64,000 nucleotides of DNA from an uncultured delta proteobacterium (GTDB lineage Bacteria > Myxococcota_A > Polyangia > Polyangiales > Polyangiaceae). Shown in pieces: positions 29,060-41,207 of this stretch. The stretch spans positions 5,120,001 to 5,184,000 of the forward strand of contig CAWDXG010000004.1 of the NCBI GenBank assembly GCA_963806225.1, read 5' to 3'. The stretch's first letter is position 1; every line of letters starts with the position of its first letter. The position numbers were made by a program, and so were the translations under genes. The notes under the pieces are model-generated. The model did no database searches, was not told the DNA's origin, and worked only from the letters and a program-made list of their open reading frames with translations.

Positions 29060-29386
29060 ATGTCGCTACCCATCGGTTCCGTTCCCGGCCTCGAACAAGC
29101 GCCCGGGGCCGCGCGCGTCCGCTCGTCTCCCGCTCAGCCCGCCTCGGGACCCGACGCGGCGGAGCGCCGAAATCGCTTCCAGAATGCGCTCCACGGCCTG
29201 GGCCACGAGATCGACCACGGAGAAAAGATGGTGCGCCGCGCGCTGTCGGCGGGCGGCCACATGGGCGCCGGCGATCTGATCGCGCTGCAGGCCGGGATCT
29301 ACCGGTACAGCGAGGCGGTGGATCTGACCGCCAAGCTGGTCGACCGCGCCGGGCAGGCCGTCCGCACCACCCTGCGCGGCCAGTAG
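29060..29386 (+). CDS. small helical protein resembling T3SS inner-rod (SctI/HrpB2-like) proteins
   Basis: Disordered N-terminus; C-terminus DLIALQAGIYRYSEAVDLTAKLVDRAGQAVRTTLRGQ. Confidence 0.55.
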   Translation: MSLPIGSVPGLEQAPGAARVRSSPAQPASGPDAAERRNRFQNALHGLGHEIDHGEKMVRRALSAGGHMGAGDLIALQAGIYRYSEAVDLTAKLVDRAGQAVRTTLRGQ

Positions 29387-29472
29387 CGCCTCGAGCGGCT
29401 GCGCGCGGGTGGGCGGGAGGAAGACCACCCACCCGCTTGACCTGCCAGCCTGCGGATCCCTTACTTCCATGC

Positions 29473-30546
29473 ATGGAGCGCGTGCTGGTGGCCATGAGCG
29501 GCGGCGTGGACTCGTCGCTGGCGGCAGCGCGTCTGGCGCGGGACGGCTTCGACGTGGTCGGGGTCACGCTGCACCTGTGGGACTATCCCGACGACGGCTC
29601 GGTGCGCGGCCGCTGCTGTGCGCCGGAGGACGTGCACGACGCGCGGCGGGTGGCGGATGTGCTCGGCATTCCCCACTTCGCCTTCGATCGCCGCGAGCTG
29701 TTCCGCGCCGAGGTCGTGGATCCGTTCGTCGACGCCTATCTCGAGGGTCGCACGCCAAGCCCCTGCGTCCGCTGCAATCGTGGCGTGAAGATGCGCGAGC
29801 TCATGCATCTCGCCGAGCGGCTGTCCGCCGATTCGGTCGCCACCGGTCACTACGCGCGCATCGAGCGGCAGGGCGGCGTGCCGCGGCTGCTGCGCGCCGT
29901 GGACCGCGACAAGGACCAGAGCTACTTCCTGCACATGCTGGCGCCGGAGGTGCTGGCGCGCCTGCGTTTCCCGCTGGGAGACGCGACGAAGTCCGAGGTC
30001 CGCGAGGAGGCGCAACGCCTCGGACTGCCCGGCGCGACCAAGGGGGAGAGCCAGGAGCTGTGCTTCGTGCCGAGCGGCCGGTATGATCGCTTCGTGGCGG
30101 AGCAATCCGGCGGGCGTACCAGGCCAGGGGCCATCGTGGACGAGGCGGGGCGCCGTGTCGGAGTCCACGACGGCATCCACGGCTTCACCATCGGGCAGCG
30201 CAGGAATCTCGGCGTTTCGCTGGGGCATCGCGCGTACGTCGTGGGGTTGGATGCCGACGACGGCACGGTGCGGCTCGGCCCCCGCGAGGCGCTCGAGAGC
30301 CACGGCGCCCAGGTCGGCGACGTGTCGCTCGCCGACGACGTATCGCTGCCGGTGCGCTGCGAGGTCGCGGTCCGCTACCGCGGTGAGCCGCGTCCGGCCC
30401 AACTCGTGCCCCGGGCGCAGGGCGTCGAGGTCAGGTTCGACGAGCCGGTGAGCGCAGTCGTGCCGGGGCAGTTCGCGGTGTTCTACCGCGGCGATCGCGT
30501 GCTCGGTGGCGGCAGCATCGAAACCGCGCTGGGAGGCGACGCATGA
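29473..30546 (+). CDS. mnmA: tRNA 2-thiouridylase
   Basis: AMSGGVDSS, TPSPCVRCN, ATGHYA, KDQSYFL, ESQELCF, TIGQRR, PGQFAVFY. Confidence 0.96.
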   Translation: MERVLVAMSGGVDSSLAAARLARDGFDVVGVTLHLWDYPDDGSVRGRCCAPEDVHDARRVADVLGIPHFAFDRRELFRAEVVDPFVDAYLEGRTPSPCVRCNRGVKMRELMHLAERLSADSVATGHYARIERQGGVPRLLRAVDRDKDQSYFLHMLAPEVLARLRFPLGDATKSEVREEAQRLGLPGATKGESQELCFVPSGRYDRFVAEQSGGRTRPGAIVDEAGRRVGVHDGIHGFTIGQRRNLGVSLGHRAYVVGLDADDGTVRLGPREALESHGAQVGDVSLADDVSLPVRCEVAVRYRGEPRPAQLVPRAQGVEVRFDEPVSAVVPGQFAVFYRGDRVLGGGSIETALGGDA

Positions 30547-31175
30547 GCGGGTCTGCACGCGTCCTGGCGCTGCTGCTCGGAGCCGCCCTGCTCGCTGGCT
30601 GCTCCACCGGCGAAGGCGAAGGCTGGGTGCGGAGCGACAAGCTCTACGTCCAGGACTGCTGGAACGGGAAGTTCGATCTCCAGCCGACCTTCTTCGGCGA
30701 CAACCCCTACCGGAACACGCAGCTCATCCGCGTCCAGCGCGGCGACAACCTCGAGGAGGTCTCCGACGGCGTGACCGCGCTCGTCAACGATGTGAGCGGA
30801 ATCCGCGACGCCCAGCTGGACACCGGCATCAAGGTCGGCCTGCCCCCGGGCGTCTCGCCGCCCGGTGTTCCGATCAAATACAACCCGAACCCGCCCAAGG
30901 TGAGCCTCGCCCTGTACCTGCACGACACCTGCCACGCGCAGAACGGCACGCTGTACTCGGTGGACGGCACGATCACCTTCAGCTCTCTGTTCAGCGGCGA
31001 CCCCAACGAGTCGAACGCCGACGATCGGCTCACCGAAGCGCATTTCGAGGCCGAATTCGTCGATCCGCGCGACCAGCAGGCGGACGGCAGCTACGACCCG
31101 GCCAAGAAGAGCTCCGTGCAGGGCCACTTCCGCTTCTTCTTCCAGCGGGGCCAACCTGCCCAGCCCTTCCCGTAG
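30543..31175 (+). CDS. hypothetical lipoprotein
   Basis: Lipobox LLAGC; ATGA overlap with mnmA; typical codon usage. Confidence 0.78.
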   Translation: MSGSARVLALLLGAALLAGCSTGEGEGWVRSDKLYVQDCWNGKFDLQPTFFGDNPYRNTQLIRVQRGDNLEEVSDGVTALVNDVSGIRDAQLDTGIKVGLPPGVSPPGVPIKYNPNPPKVSLALYLHDTCHAQNGTLYSVDGTITFSSLFSGDPNESNADDRLTEAHFEAEFVDPRDQQADGSYDPAKKSSVQGHFRFFFQRGQPAQPFP

Positions 31176-31304
31176 TTCTCGGCTTTCCGGCCGAACCGGG
31201 CGTATGTGCGCGTGCGTGGAGGTGCGACATCAGTGCCGCCCCGGGCGCGTCGGGCCTGCACTTTTCGTCGCGGTGTTGCATACTTCAAGCACCGGCCCCG
31301 TGGG

Positions 31305-31333
31305 TTGATCCGGCCATGGGCCGCCGATACGCT
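31305..31333 (+). promoter_or_regulatory. putative sigma70 promoter
   Basis: TTGATC-N17-TACGCT just upstream of ATG 31347. Confidence 0.45.
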
Positions 31334-31346
31334 TCAAGAAAATTCC

Positions 31347-32246
31347 ATGAGTGGTGTCTCCAGCGCGCGGCGCACGGTCCTAGTCGCATTTTCTGCCTTT
31401 GTCTGCGCGCTCCTGTGCGTGGCAACGCCCGCGGCTGCCACGTCGACGGCATTCGGTCAGGCGGACGCTGCCTGGCACCAGGGCGAACTCGAGAAGGCGC
31501 AGAAGCTGTACGAGAAGGCGCTCTCCGTAGGCGGCCTCGAGCCGCAGGATGTCGTCATCGCCTATTCGCGCGTCGGCACGGTGAAGGCGGCGCTCCACGA
31601 CAAGAACGGGGCGCTCAGCGCCTTCCGCATCGCGGCCGCGATCGATCCGAAATTCGAGCTGCCGGCCGATAGCGGGCGGGCAGCGAAGTCGCTGTATGCG
31701 CAGGCACGCAAGGAGGCCGCCCGACAGGGTGAGCGGCTGAGCCTTCACGTTGCCGTTCCGGACAACGTTCCCGCGCACCAACCGTTCACGGTGGAGACGA
31801 CGATTCCCTCTGGATTCGCCGTGCTGGTGGCGAACGTCGAAGTGACGATCGAGGACCCGCTCACCAAGAAGAAGTGGCGCAAGAGCAAGCCTGCCGAGGC
31901 CGCGCTCAGCTTCCAGTTCCCGAGCCGCGTCGCGATTCCCGGTGCGCACCTGAAGGTGCATTCACGCGCCGTCGACGGGCAGAACAACGCCTGGGCGGCC
32001 GCCGACAACGTGCTGAAAGTCCAGGGAACCCGCAAGGTCAACTCGATGGACGACGGCGTGGTTTCGCCGTTCGACAACGACAACAACAAGAAGAAGGACA
32101 AGAAGGACAAGGGCGGCGGCATCCTCAAGGGACCGGTCCCCTGGATTGTCGGCGGTGCCCTGGTGGTTGGCGGCATCGTGGTCGGTGCGGTTCTCGCAAC
32201 GCGGTCCTCGAGCCGGGTCACAGTCGGCTCTCCGACCTGGCAGTAG
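31347..32246 (+). CDS. exported TPR-like protein with C-terminal TM segment
   Basis: Signal peptide, TPR-like helices (AQKLYEKAL; AFRIAAAIDP), beta-rich domain, C-terminal PWIVGGALVVGG. Confidence 0.7.
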   Translation: MSGVSSARRTVLVAFSAFVCALLCVATPAAATSTAFGQADAAWHQGELEKAQKLYEKALSVGGLEPQDVVIAYSRVGTVKAALHDKNGALSAFRIAAAIDPKFELPADSGRAAKSLYAQARKEAARQGERLSLHVAVPDNVPAHQPFTVETTIPSGFAVLVANVEVTIEDPLTKKKWRKSKPAEAALSFQFPSRVAIPGAHLKVHSRAVDGQNNAWAAADNVLKVQGTRKVNSMDDGVVSPFDNDNNKKKDKKDKGGGILKGPVPWIVGGALVVGGIVVGAVLATRSSSRVTVGSPTWQ

Positions 32247-32258
32247 CAGCAGTCATAG

Positions 32259-34783
32259 ATGGCAAACGGTCCTGCACATGGCGGCCATCCGCCGCCGCGC
32301 CCCAGCAAGCTGACGGGGTCCTCCCCGAGCGAGCGGGAGCGCCGCATGAAGGAGGGGAGCGAGCCTTCCCTGCCCGGAGGCGGGACCTACTTTCTCGGTC
32401 GCTACCGCATCGTCGACGAGATCGGTGTGGGCGGGATGGCCAGCGTGCACCTCGCGCGCGCCGACGGGCCGGGCGGCTTCCAGAAGTGGGTGGCGATCAA
32501 GCGCATCCATCGCCACCTCGCCGAGGACGAGACGTTCATCCGCATGTTCCTGGACGAGGCGCGCATCGCGGCGCGCATCTCGCACCCGAACGTGGCGCAG
32601 GTGTTCGACCTGGGCAAGCACAAGGACACCTACTGGATCGCCATGGAGTACCTGCATGGCGAGCCACTGCGCGAGGTGGTGCGGGCCGTGGAAGAGGGCG
32701 GCGCGCCGCTGATGACGCCGCAGCTCGCTACCAAGATCATAGCCGATTCCGCCGAGGGCCTGCACGCCGCCCACGAGCTCCGTGACAAGAACGGCAAGCT
32801 GCTGAACCTCGTGCATCGCGATGTGACGCCGCACAACCTGTTCTTGACCTACGACGGCGCGGTCAAGGTCGTGGACTTCGGTATCGCGAAGGTCACCGGG
32901 CGGCTCTCGAACACGCGTGCGGGGACGCTCAAGGGCAAGCTCGCCTACATGAGCCCCGAGCAGGTCCGCGGCGCCCAGGTGGATCGCCGCACGGACATCT
33001 TCGCGCTGGGCGTCGTGCTCTGGGAGCTGACCACCGGACGCCGTCTGTTCCGGATGGAAAGCGATCTCGAGACGTTGGAACGCGTCCAGGCTTGCGTGGT
33101 GCCGCCGCCGTCGACCGTGGTCGAGAACTACCCGGTCGAGCTCGAAGCGATCGTGATGCGTGCGCTCGCCAAGGATCTGAACCGGCGCTTCGCGACCGCA
33201 CGCGAGCTGTCGCGCGCGCTGCAGCAGTACCTCATGAAGAGCGGCTCGTTCATGGGGTCCGACGAGATCGGAAGCTACGTCAAGCACGTGCTGTCGGAAC
33301 GCTTCGAGAAGCGCGAGGCGCACCTGCAATGGGCGGCCGAGGTCACGCAGACCATCTCGCTCGAGCAGCTCGACGGCGGTCCGCGCGAGCTCGAGGAGGT
33401 GAGCATCCTCACCTACGCGCTCGGACGTGCAGGAGGTGCCGAAGCGCACCGGGCCGCGCCCCGCCGTCGCTGGGGTATCGGCTCCGCGGCCCGCTGCAGG
33501 TCGGCCGAGGAGCGCGACGCCGCCGCCGCCGTCGCAGTCGCGGAACGCGCAGCCCCACGGAGCACCGCCGCGTCCCGCCGCCGGCAACGCGCCGCCCCGA
33601 CCGGCCGCCGGCCAGGGGCTGCCCAGCTACGATCTCAGATTCGGCCAGCGGGACGGACTCCGGCCTGCTCGAGCCGATCGAAGAGGATGACGAACTGGCC
33701 CGGACTACGGTTGCGAGTCCGGTGGTCAAGAGTCGTGGTTCCTCGCGGCGCCAGCCGACCGCGCTGGGGTTGGGGCCGCAAGCCGAGAAGTCGGGGGCGG
33801 GATCGCCGCTTCCGAGCTATGAGATCACTTCGAGCGAATCCGGCGCTCCAGCTGCCATGCACGACTACGGTGAAGAAGACGACGACGCGGTCACCCGCGT
33901 CATGGCAAGTCCAATGGATGAGCCCGACGCCGGGGCCATCAGCGCGGTGCATGCCCCTGCGAAGAGCGTGCAACCCGCGCCCCAACCTCGTGAGAACATC
34001 GTGGTCTCACCCTCGGCGATGTCGCACGACATGCCCCAGTACTCGCCGGCGCCTCCGCACGTCGGCATGCAACAGGGGATGCAGCCCGGCATGCAGATGC
34101 AGCCCGGGATGTATCCGATGCAGTCCGGCATGCAGTCCATGCCGCCCAGCATGGGCTACGGGCCGCAGCAGTCGCCCCAGCAGCCGCAGCAACAGTCGTC
34201 CCGCGGCGTCCTGATCGCGCTGATCGCGGCAGCCACGACTCTCATCGCGCTGGCGCTGATGGCTCTGGTGGTCCTCAAGGTCACCGAGGCGCCGGCTCCT
34301 GCCGCTGGCGGCACCGCGCCGAATCCCACCGCGCAGAATGCAGCCCAGCCCGCAAATCCGACTGCCCCGGTGCCGGCTCCGACTACCGGGCCCTCCACTG
34401 CCGCTGCCCAGCCCAAGCCCACGGTCGCGAAGCAGCCGGAGCCGCAACCCGAGAAGGCCATCGACCCGTCCTCGCTGCCGACCGAACCGAAGAAGACGAC
34501 CACCAGTCACAGCTACGCGGCGCACCCCGCGCCCACCCACAAGTCGACGACCTCGTCCGGTGGCTCGGGCGCGCCCGGCTATCTGACGGTGGTGTGCGAC
34601 CCCGCCTGCGACTCCGTGGTCGCCGCAGGGCACAGCCTCGGGCCATCTCCGGTCGTCCGGGCATCGCTCAAGCCCGGCACCCATGCCGTGCTTCTCCGGC
34701 GTTCCGGCTCTCCCAGCCAGTCGATCAGTGTGACGATCGTCTCTGGCCAGACGACGGCCCGCCGAGTCAAGATGGGCTCATGA
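32259..34783 (+). CDS. membrane Ser/Thr protein kinase with PEGA-like C-terminus (two apparent frameshifts, about 33420 and 33625)
   Basis: GVGGMASV, VAIK, HRDVTPHN, DFGIAK, YMSPEQ. Reading continues in the 33427 frame and then the 33092 frame to TM VLIALIAAATTLIALALMALVV and GYLTVVC...LKPGTH. Confidence 0.85.
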
Positions 34784-36576
34784 GAAGAACGGGGGCCGTT
34801 GTCGCCCTGCTTGTTGCCGGAGCAGCTCTGCCTGTTTCGTGCGCTAAGAAGCCTGCCGTCTCGCTTGTCCTGCTCGACCCCTGCGCCCCGGACAATTCGT
34901 TCAAGGAGGCCGCCAACTACACCGAGATCACGGTGTTCAAGAAGGGGTGCCCTTCCGACGCCGATCTGGCTGCGGGCCTCACGCTGGGGAACACGGACTA
35001 CCCGCCGGCATTCGACGGGGTCGCCCCCAAGGGAGAGGCGTTGCCTGGCGTCGGGGATCTCGACAAGGGCAAGTACGGTTTTGCGGCGATCCTGCGGGAT
35101 GCCAACTGTGGGGTGATCGGCTTTGGGTGCACCGAAGCCGATCTCAAGAGTATCCGCGAGGTGCGCATCGCCGTCCGCGCCTGGACGCAGCCCGACCAGA
35201 ACAAGCTCTGCGAGCCGCTCAAGGGAAACGGCTGCGCGGCGGGGCGAATCTGCGACAACGGCAGCTGCATCGCGCCGACCGACGGGGGCAGCGAAGGTTC
35301 CGGTCAGGGCTGTGATCTGACAGTGAAGGCGGCCGGCGAGCTGCCGCCCCTGTCCGCCACCGACGGCGGCAGCGTGCAGCTTTCCGGCCCCGTCGTCGCG
35401 GCGAGCTCGGCGGGCTTCGTGATTGGCTACAGGACGCAGATCAACGGCCAGCTCTATGCGAACTCCGCGCTCTTGACCACGAGCGGCACCATCAACCGGG
35501 GAACGCCGTTGCCGCTCGCCGCGTGCCCGGGCAAGTCCCCGGCCGACGGTGTCGGGCTCGCCTTCTCGGGCGCCAACGGCCTGATGGCTCTGGCTCTGCC
35601 GGACTGCGACACGAAGGGCGCTGGCGCCTACTTCATGTCCGTGGATCCGAATGGAAAGCTCGGCGCACTGAAGCTCGCCCGTTCGGCGGGGCAGTTCCTC
35701 GATCTGACCTTGGCGCGCACGCATTCGCTCAGCGGTACCGGGACGCCCGACCTGTACGATTTCATGTATCGCGCGACCTTCCCGCCCGTGGGCAGCCCGC
35801 CGCAGATGCAGCTGGCGCCTCTGCAGGGGAACAGCTTCGCGGGCAGCATCTCCTCGAAGTTCGGCGCCGAGGCGGCGCTCTTCGGCTTGGTGGCCAGCAC
35901 CCCGCAGATCCAGGCTCTGCTCGGCCAGGTGCCCTCGAAGGCTTCCGTGGAGCTCGATCTGCAGCCGCCCGGTGCCGGGTCGGGCGATGCCGGCAGCGCC
36001 AAGCACGTGTTCCTCCTGCCCCTGTCGGACTGGGGCGCGATCACGGCGTGGGGTGATCGCGCCGCGGCGATCGTACCGGGGGCTGGCAGCGGGTTGACGC
36101 TCCAGGCAGCGACGGTCACCGGTGCCGACCTCGGACAGGTCTCGCTCCAGGGCGACCAGTACTCCAGCGGCGACATCGTGAACGTTGGAGACCACCTCAT
36201 CGTGGTGGGCTCCCAGGCGCAGCAACTCACGGTTTTCCGCATCGACGGGGCACTTGGTGGGGCGTCTGCGCCGCCCGATGCCGGGTCGCCGCCGCAGGAT
36301 GCTTCGACTTCCTCCGAGGCGGGGCCGTCCGAGGCAGGGGCGTCCGACGCAGGGCCGCCGCCGCAGCCGGACGCGGGCTCGGGAGCGCTCGCGATGGCGT
36401 CCAAAGCGACGATCAACCTCAACCAGCTGTCGCTGCCCGATGGCGGCGCTTCATTCGATGGGCACCAGGTCTCGATCGCGGCAACGGGTGGCGAGGTGGC
36501 CATCGTCTGGCGCTCCAAGCTGAACCCCCCGCCGGGCGCGCCTGGGGGCTGGGTGCTGCTCAAGTGCAGTCAGTGA
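34780..36576 (+). CDS. hypothetical Cys-containing lipoprotein
   Basis: ATGA overlap with the kinase; signal peptide ending LPVSC; Cys-rich segment CAAGRICDNGSC. Confidence 0.7.
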   Translation: MRRTGAVVALLVAGAALPVSCAKKPAVSLVLLDPCAPDNSFKEAANYTEITVFKKGCPSDADLAAGLTLGNTDYPPAFDGVAPKGEALPGVGDLDKGKYGFAAILRDANCGVIGFGCTEADLKSIREVRIAVRAWTQPDQNKLCEPLKGNGCAAGRICDNGSCIAPTDGGSEGSGQGCDLTVKAAGELPPLSATDGGSVQLSGPVVAASSAGFVIGYRTQINGQLYANSALLTTSGTINRGTPLPLAACPGKSPADGVGLAFSGANGLMALALPDCDTKGAGAYFMSVDPNGKLGALKLARSAGQFLDLTLARTHSLSGTGTPDLYDFMYRATFPPVGSPPQMQLAPLQGNSFAGSISSKFGAEAALFGLVASTPQIQALLGQVPSKASVELDLQPPGAGSGDAGSAKHVFLLPLSDWGAITAWGDRAAAIVPGAGSGLTLQAATVTGADLGQVSLQGDQYSSGDIVNVGDHLIVVGSQAQQLTVFRIDGALGGASAPPDAGSPPQDASTSSEAGPSEAGASDAGPPPQPDAGSGALAMASKATINLNQLSLPDGGASFDGHQVSIAATGGEVAIVWRSKLNPPPGAPGGWVLLKCSQ

Positions 36577-36606
36577 GAACGCGCTCCGCATGAACCGGCC
36601 CTGCGG

Positions 36607-37539
36607 ATGCCGCGTTCCCATCCACCCACATTGTTGAAGTTGGCGGAGCGCACGCTGCGCGAGGAGTGCGGGCTCCAGCGCGGCGACCGGATCCTGGTGG
36701 CGGTTTCGGGTGGCCCGGACTCCATGGCGCTCCTGCACGTCCTCTCCCGTCTGGCTCCGCGCCTAGGGATCGAGCTGGTCGCCCACGGAGTCGATCACGG
36801 GCTGCGCCCCGAGGCCGGAGCCGAGCTCGACCTGGCGGAGCGATGGGCCCGGGCCGCGAACCTCCGCTTTGATCGGACGCGCGTGCGGGTCGAAGCCGGC
36901 GGAAACCTGCAGGCCCGGGCGCGCCGGGCCCGCTTCGACGCGCTGGAGCGCGCGGCGAGAGCCGCCGGGGGCGCGCTGATCGCCACGGCGCACCACGCCG
37001 ATGACCGGGCCGAGACGGTGATGATGCGCCTGCTGCGAGGCAGCGGCCCCCGCGGGCTCGCGGTGCTGCCTCCGCGCAGCGGCTCGCTGATCCGCCCGAT
37101 CATCCGGGCGCGGAGGGCCGACATCCTCGCGCATCTGGCCCGCCATCGGATCGAGCACGCCCTCGATCCCTCGAACCAGGATCGGCGCTATCTCCGCGTG
37201 CGCGTCCGGCTGGAACTGATGCCGATGCTCGAAGCGCTCTCGCCGCGCATCGTGTGGCACCTCACCGCGCTGGCGGACCAGATCGGCGACGAGGGGCCGC
37301 CGCTCGTCCTGGACGAGGCCGGCGAGCCGCTCCCGATGAGCCGGGCCCACGTCGACCAGCTGCGCCGCGCGCAGCGGCTGGGCCTGGTCGGGGCGCGCGT
37401 CCGGCTCCCGGGGGGCAGGGAGCTCCGGATCGATCCGCGGACGCGGGAACCGGTGCTCGGCGGGCCCCGGCGCTCCGGCCGCGGCCCCCGGAAAGACGGG
37501 AGAACGGGGGGGGATGGCGAAAGCCCCGGAGGTGGTTAA
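36607..37539 (+). CDS. tilS: tRNA(Ile)-lysidine synthetase
   Basis: VAVSGGPDS, VDHGLR, TAHHADDRAET, IRP, DPSN; lies just upstream of ftsH. Confidence 0.93.
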   Translation: MPRSHPPTLLKLAERTLREECGLQRGDRILVAVSGGPDSMALLHVLSRLAPRLGIELVAHGVDHGLRPEAGAELDLAERWARAANLRFDRTRVRVEAGGNLQARARRARFDALERAARAAGGALIATAHHADDRAETVMMRLLRGSGPRGLAVLPPRSGSLIRPIIRARRADILAHLARHRIEHALDPSNQDRRYLRVRVRLELMPMLEALSPRIVWHLTALADQIGDEGPPLVLDEAGEPLPMSRAHVDQLRRAQRLGLVGARVRLPGGRELRIDPRTREPVLGGPRRSGRGPRKDGRTGGDGESPGGG

Positions 37540-37581
37540 GCCTTGGAAGCACGCCGGGATCCGCACCGTGCCTCCTACGGA

Positions 37582-37610
37582 TTGACGGACCCTGGTTCCG
37601 GTGGCATGAT
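37582..37610 (+). promoter_or_regulatory. putative sigma70 promoter of ftsH
   Basis: TTGACG-N17-CATGAT. Confidence 0.5.
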
Positions 37611-37671
37611 TCGATACTGCGTCTCGCGGCCGGGCACTACCGGCCCGTCCGTTCCATTCCGAGGTTCATAA

Positions 37672-39612
<1,941 letters not shown>

Positions 39613-39855
39613 TCTGCGTGACAGAGGGGGCTGCCCCGCGCGGTGAGCGGTGCGGGGCGGCGGCGCCGTGCTCGCTTGGCTGCGCGCGGCGCCGGGCCCA
39701 CCAAGGCCGGTCGCTACGCGCCCGGCCGGGGGCCCCAAGGCGAGGGCGTGGGCGTGGCTCGCGTCGGCTTCGCCTCGCGCGCGTGAGTGCGAGGGCGGCC
39801 GCTCGTGGCTTCTTGAGCGTGCCGCCGTGCTCGGAGCTGTCCAGGCCGGGGCCGT

Positions 39856-40077
39856 CCGTCGCTTGAGCTGGTTCGTTCGCTTCGGCCGCTCTTGCGGCAG
39901 TTGGAGCGGCACGATCCAGATCTGGCGCGGCAGTGTCGGCGGGCGCTCACGAGCGCGCCGCTCAATACGGCGGAGGGGTCGTACAGTCGGGGAAAGAACC
40001 GCGCAGTGCGCTACCACACGGCGCTCGGGTCGCTGCGCGAGGTGCAGGCGTGTTTCGAGGTTGCGGAAGCGCTCGGG
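39856..40077 (+). pseudogene. four-helix-bundle protein fragment (23S rRNA IVP / bAvd-like family)
   Basis: [73 protein letters not shown] fits the L.Q.RRA..S...N.AEG...A.GS..E family pattern; normal start and last helix are missing. Confidence 0.75.
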
Positions 40078-40137
40078 TCTGAGCAGCCACGGGCCGGTGG
40101 GCCTCGACCCCGGAAACCTTCCCGCCTTCCCGCCTTC

Positions 40138-41201
40138 CACATCCCGAAAGGCAACGGGCAGACCCGGCCGCTGGGCATCCCAACCTTCGAGGACAAGGTG
40201 CTCCAGCGGGCGGTAGCCATGCTTCTAGAAACCGTGTACGAGCAGGACTTTCTGGACCGTATGGGTTTCGACCAGGGCGGAGTGCCCACCAAGCCCTGGG
40301 CAAGCTACGCGACACTCTGATGGAAATGCGCGACGGATGGGTGCTGGAAGTCGATATACGTACGTATTTCGACTCCATCGACCGCAAACAGCTGTGCGAG
40401 GTGCTTCGTCAACGGATAGGGGACGGTGTCGTGCTGCGTCTCATTGGCAAGTGGCTCAACGCGGGCGTGATGGAGCGCGGGGAGATCAGATACCCCGAAG
40501 CTGGCACGCCGCAGGGTGGGGTTATCTCGCCGATGTTGGCGAACATCTTCCTGCATACGGTGCTGGACGTGTGGTTTGAAAGCCAGGTGAAGCCAGTGCT
40601 GCGTGGACGCGCAGTGCTGGTGCGCTTTGCTGACGACTTCGTCATAGCATTCGAGCGGGAGGATGATGCACGACGTGTGCATGAAGTGCTGCCGAAGCGA
40701 TTCGCGAAGCACAGGCTGGAACTACACCCAGACAAGACGCGCCTCCTGCCTTTCAAGCGGCCGCTGCTCTCGAAAGAGGACGACGGTACGTCAAAGGAGG
40801 TGGGCTCAGACACGTTCGACCTGCTTGGCTTCACGCTCTACTGGGCGCGGTCCAAGCGAGGCCACTGGGTCATCCAGCTCAAGACGTTGCGGAGTCGCTT
40901 CACTCGCACATTGCACAGGCTGAACGAGTGGTGCCGCCGGAACCGACACTTGCCGGTGCGCATCCAGTGGGTCCGGATTTGCCGTTCCCTGAAGGGGCAC
41001 TTTGCCTACTTCGGGGTGATGGGAAACGAGGGCCGACTGGTTGCGCTGCGTCACGAGGTGTATCGCCTCTGGCGCGGCTGGCTGCACCGTCGCTCGCAAC
41101 GCGCCCGCGTAACGTGGGAGAAAATGCGCCGGCTTGCGGAGCACTACCCGCTCCCTCGTCTGCCCGAACCTCGCGACCTACGCGCCCTGGCGAAACCGTG
41201 A
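40138..41201 (+). pseudogene. ltrA: group II intron reverse transcriptase/maturase, N-truncated and frameshifted at about 40258, no endonuclease domain
   Basis: [22 protein letters not shown], then after the shift [59 protein letters not shown], and an X domain (GHFAYF). Confidence 0.9.
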
Positions 41202-41207
41202 TCCGAA

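Noticed and set aside
39650..39654. GTGCG as the intron 5' splice site
   Set aside because: A common pentamer here. The intervening sequence is a helix-bundle fragment, and I could not identify domains I-III.
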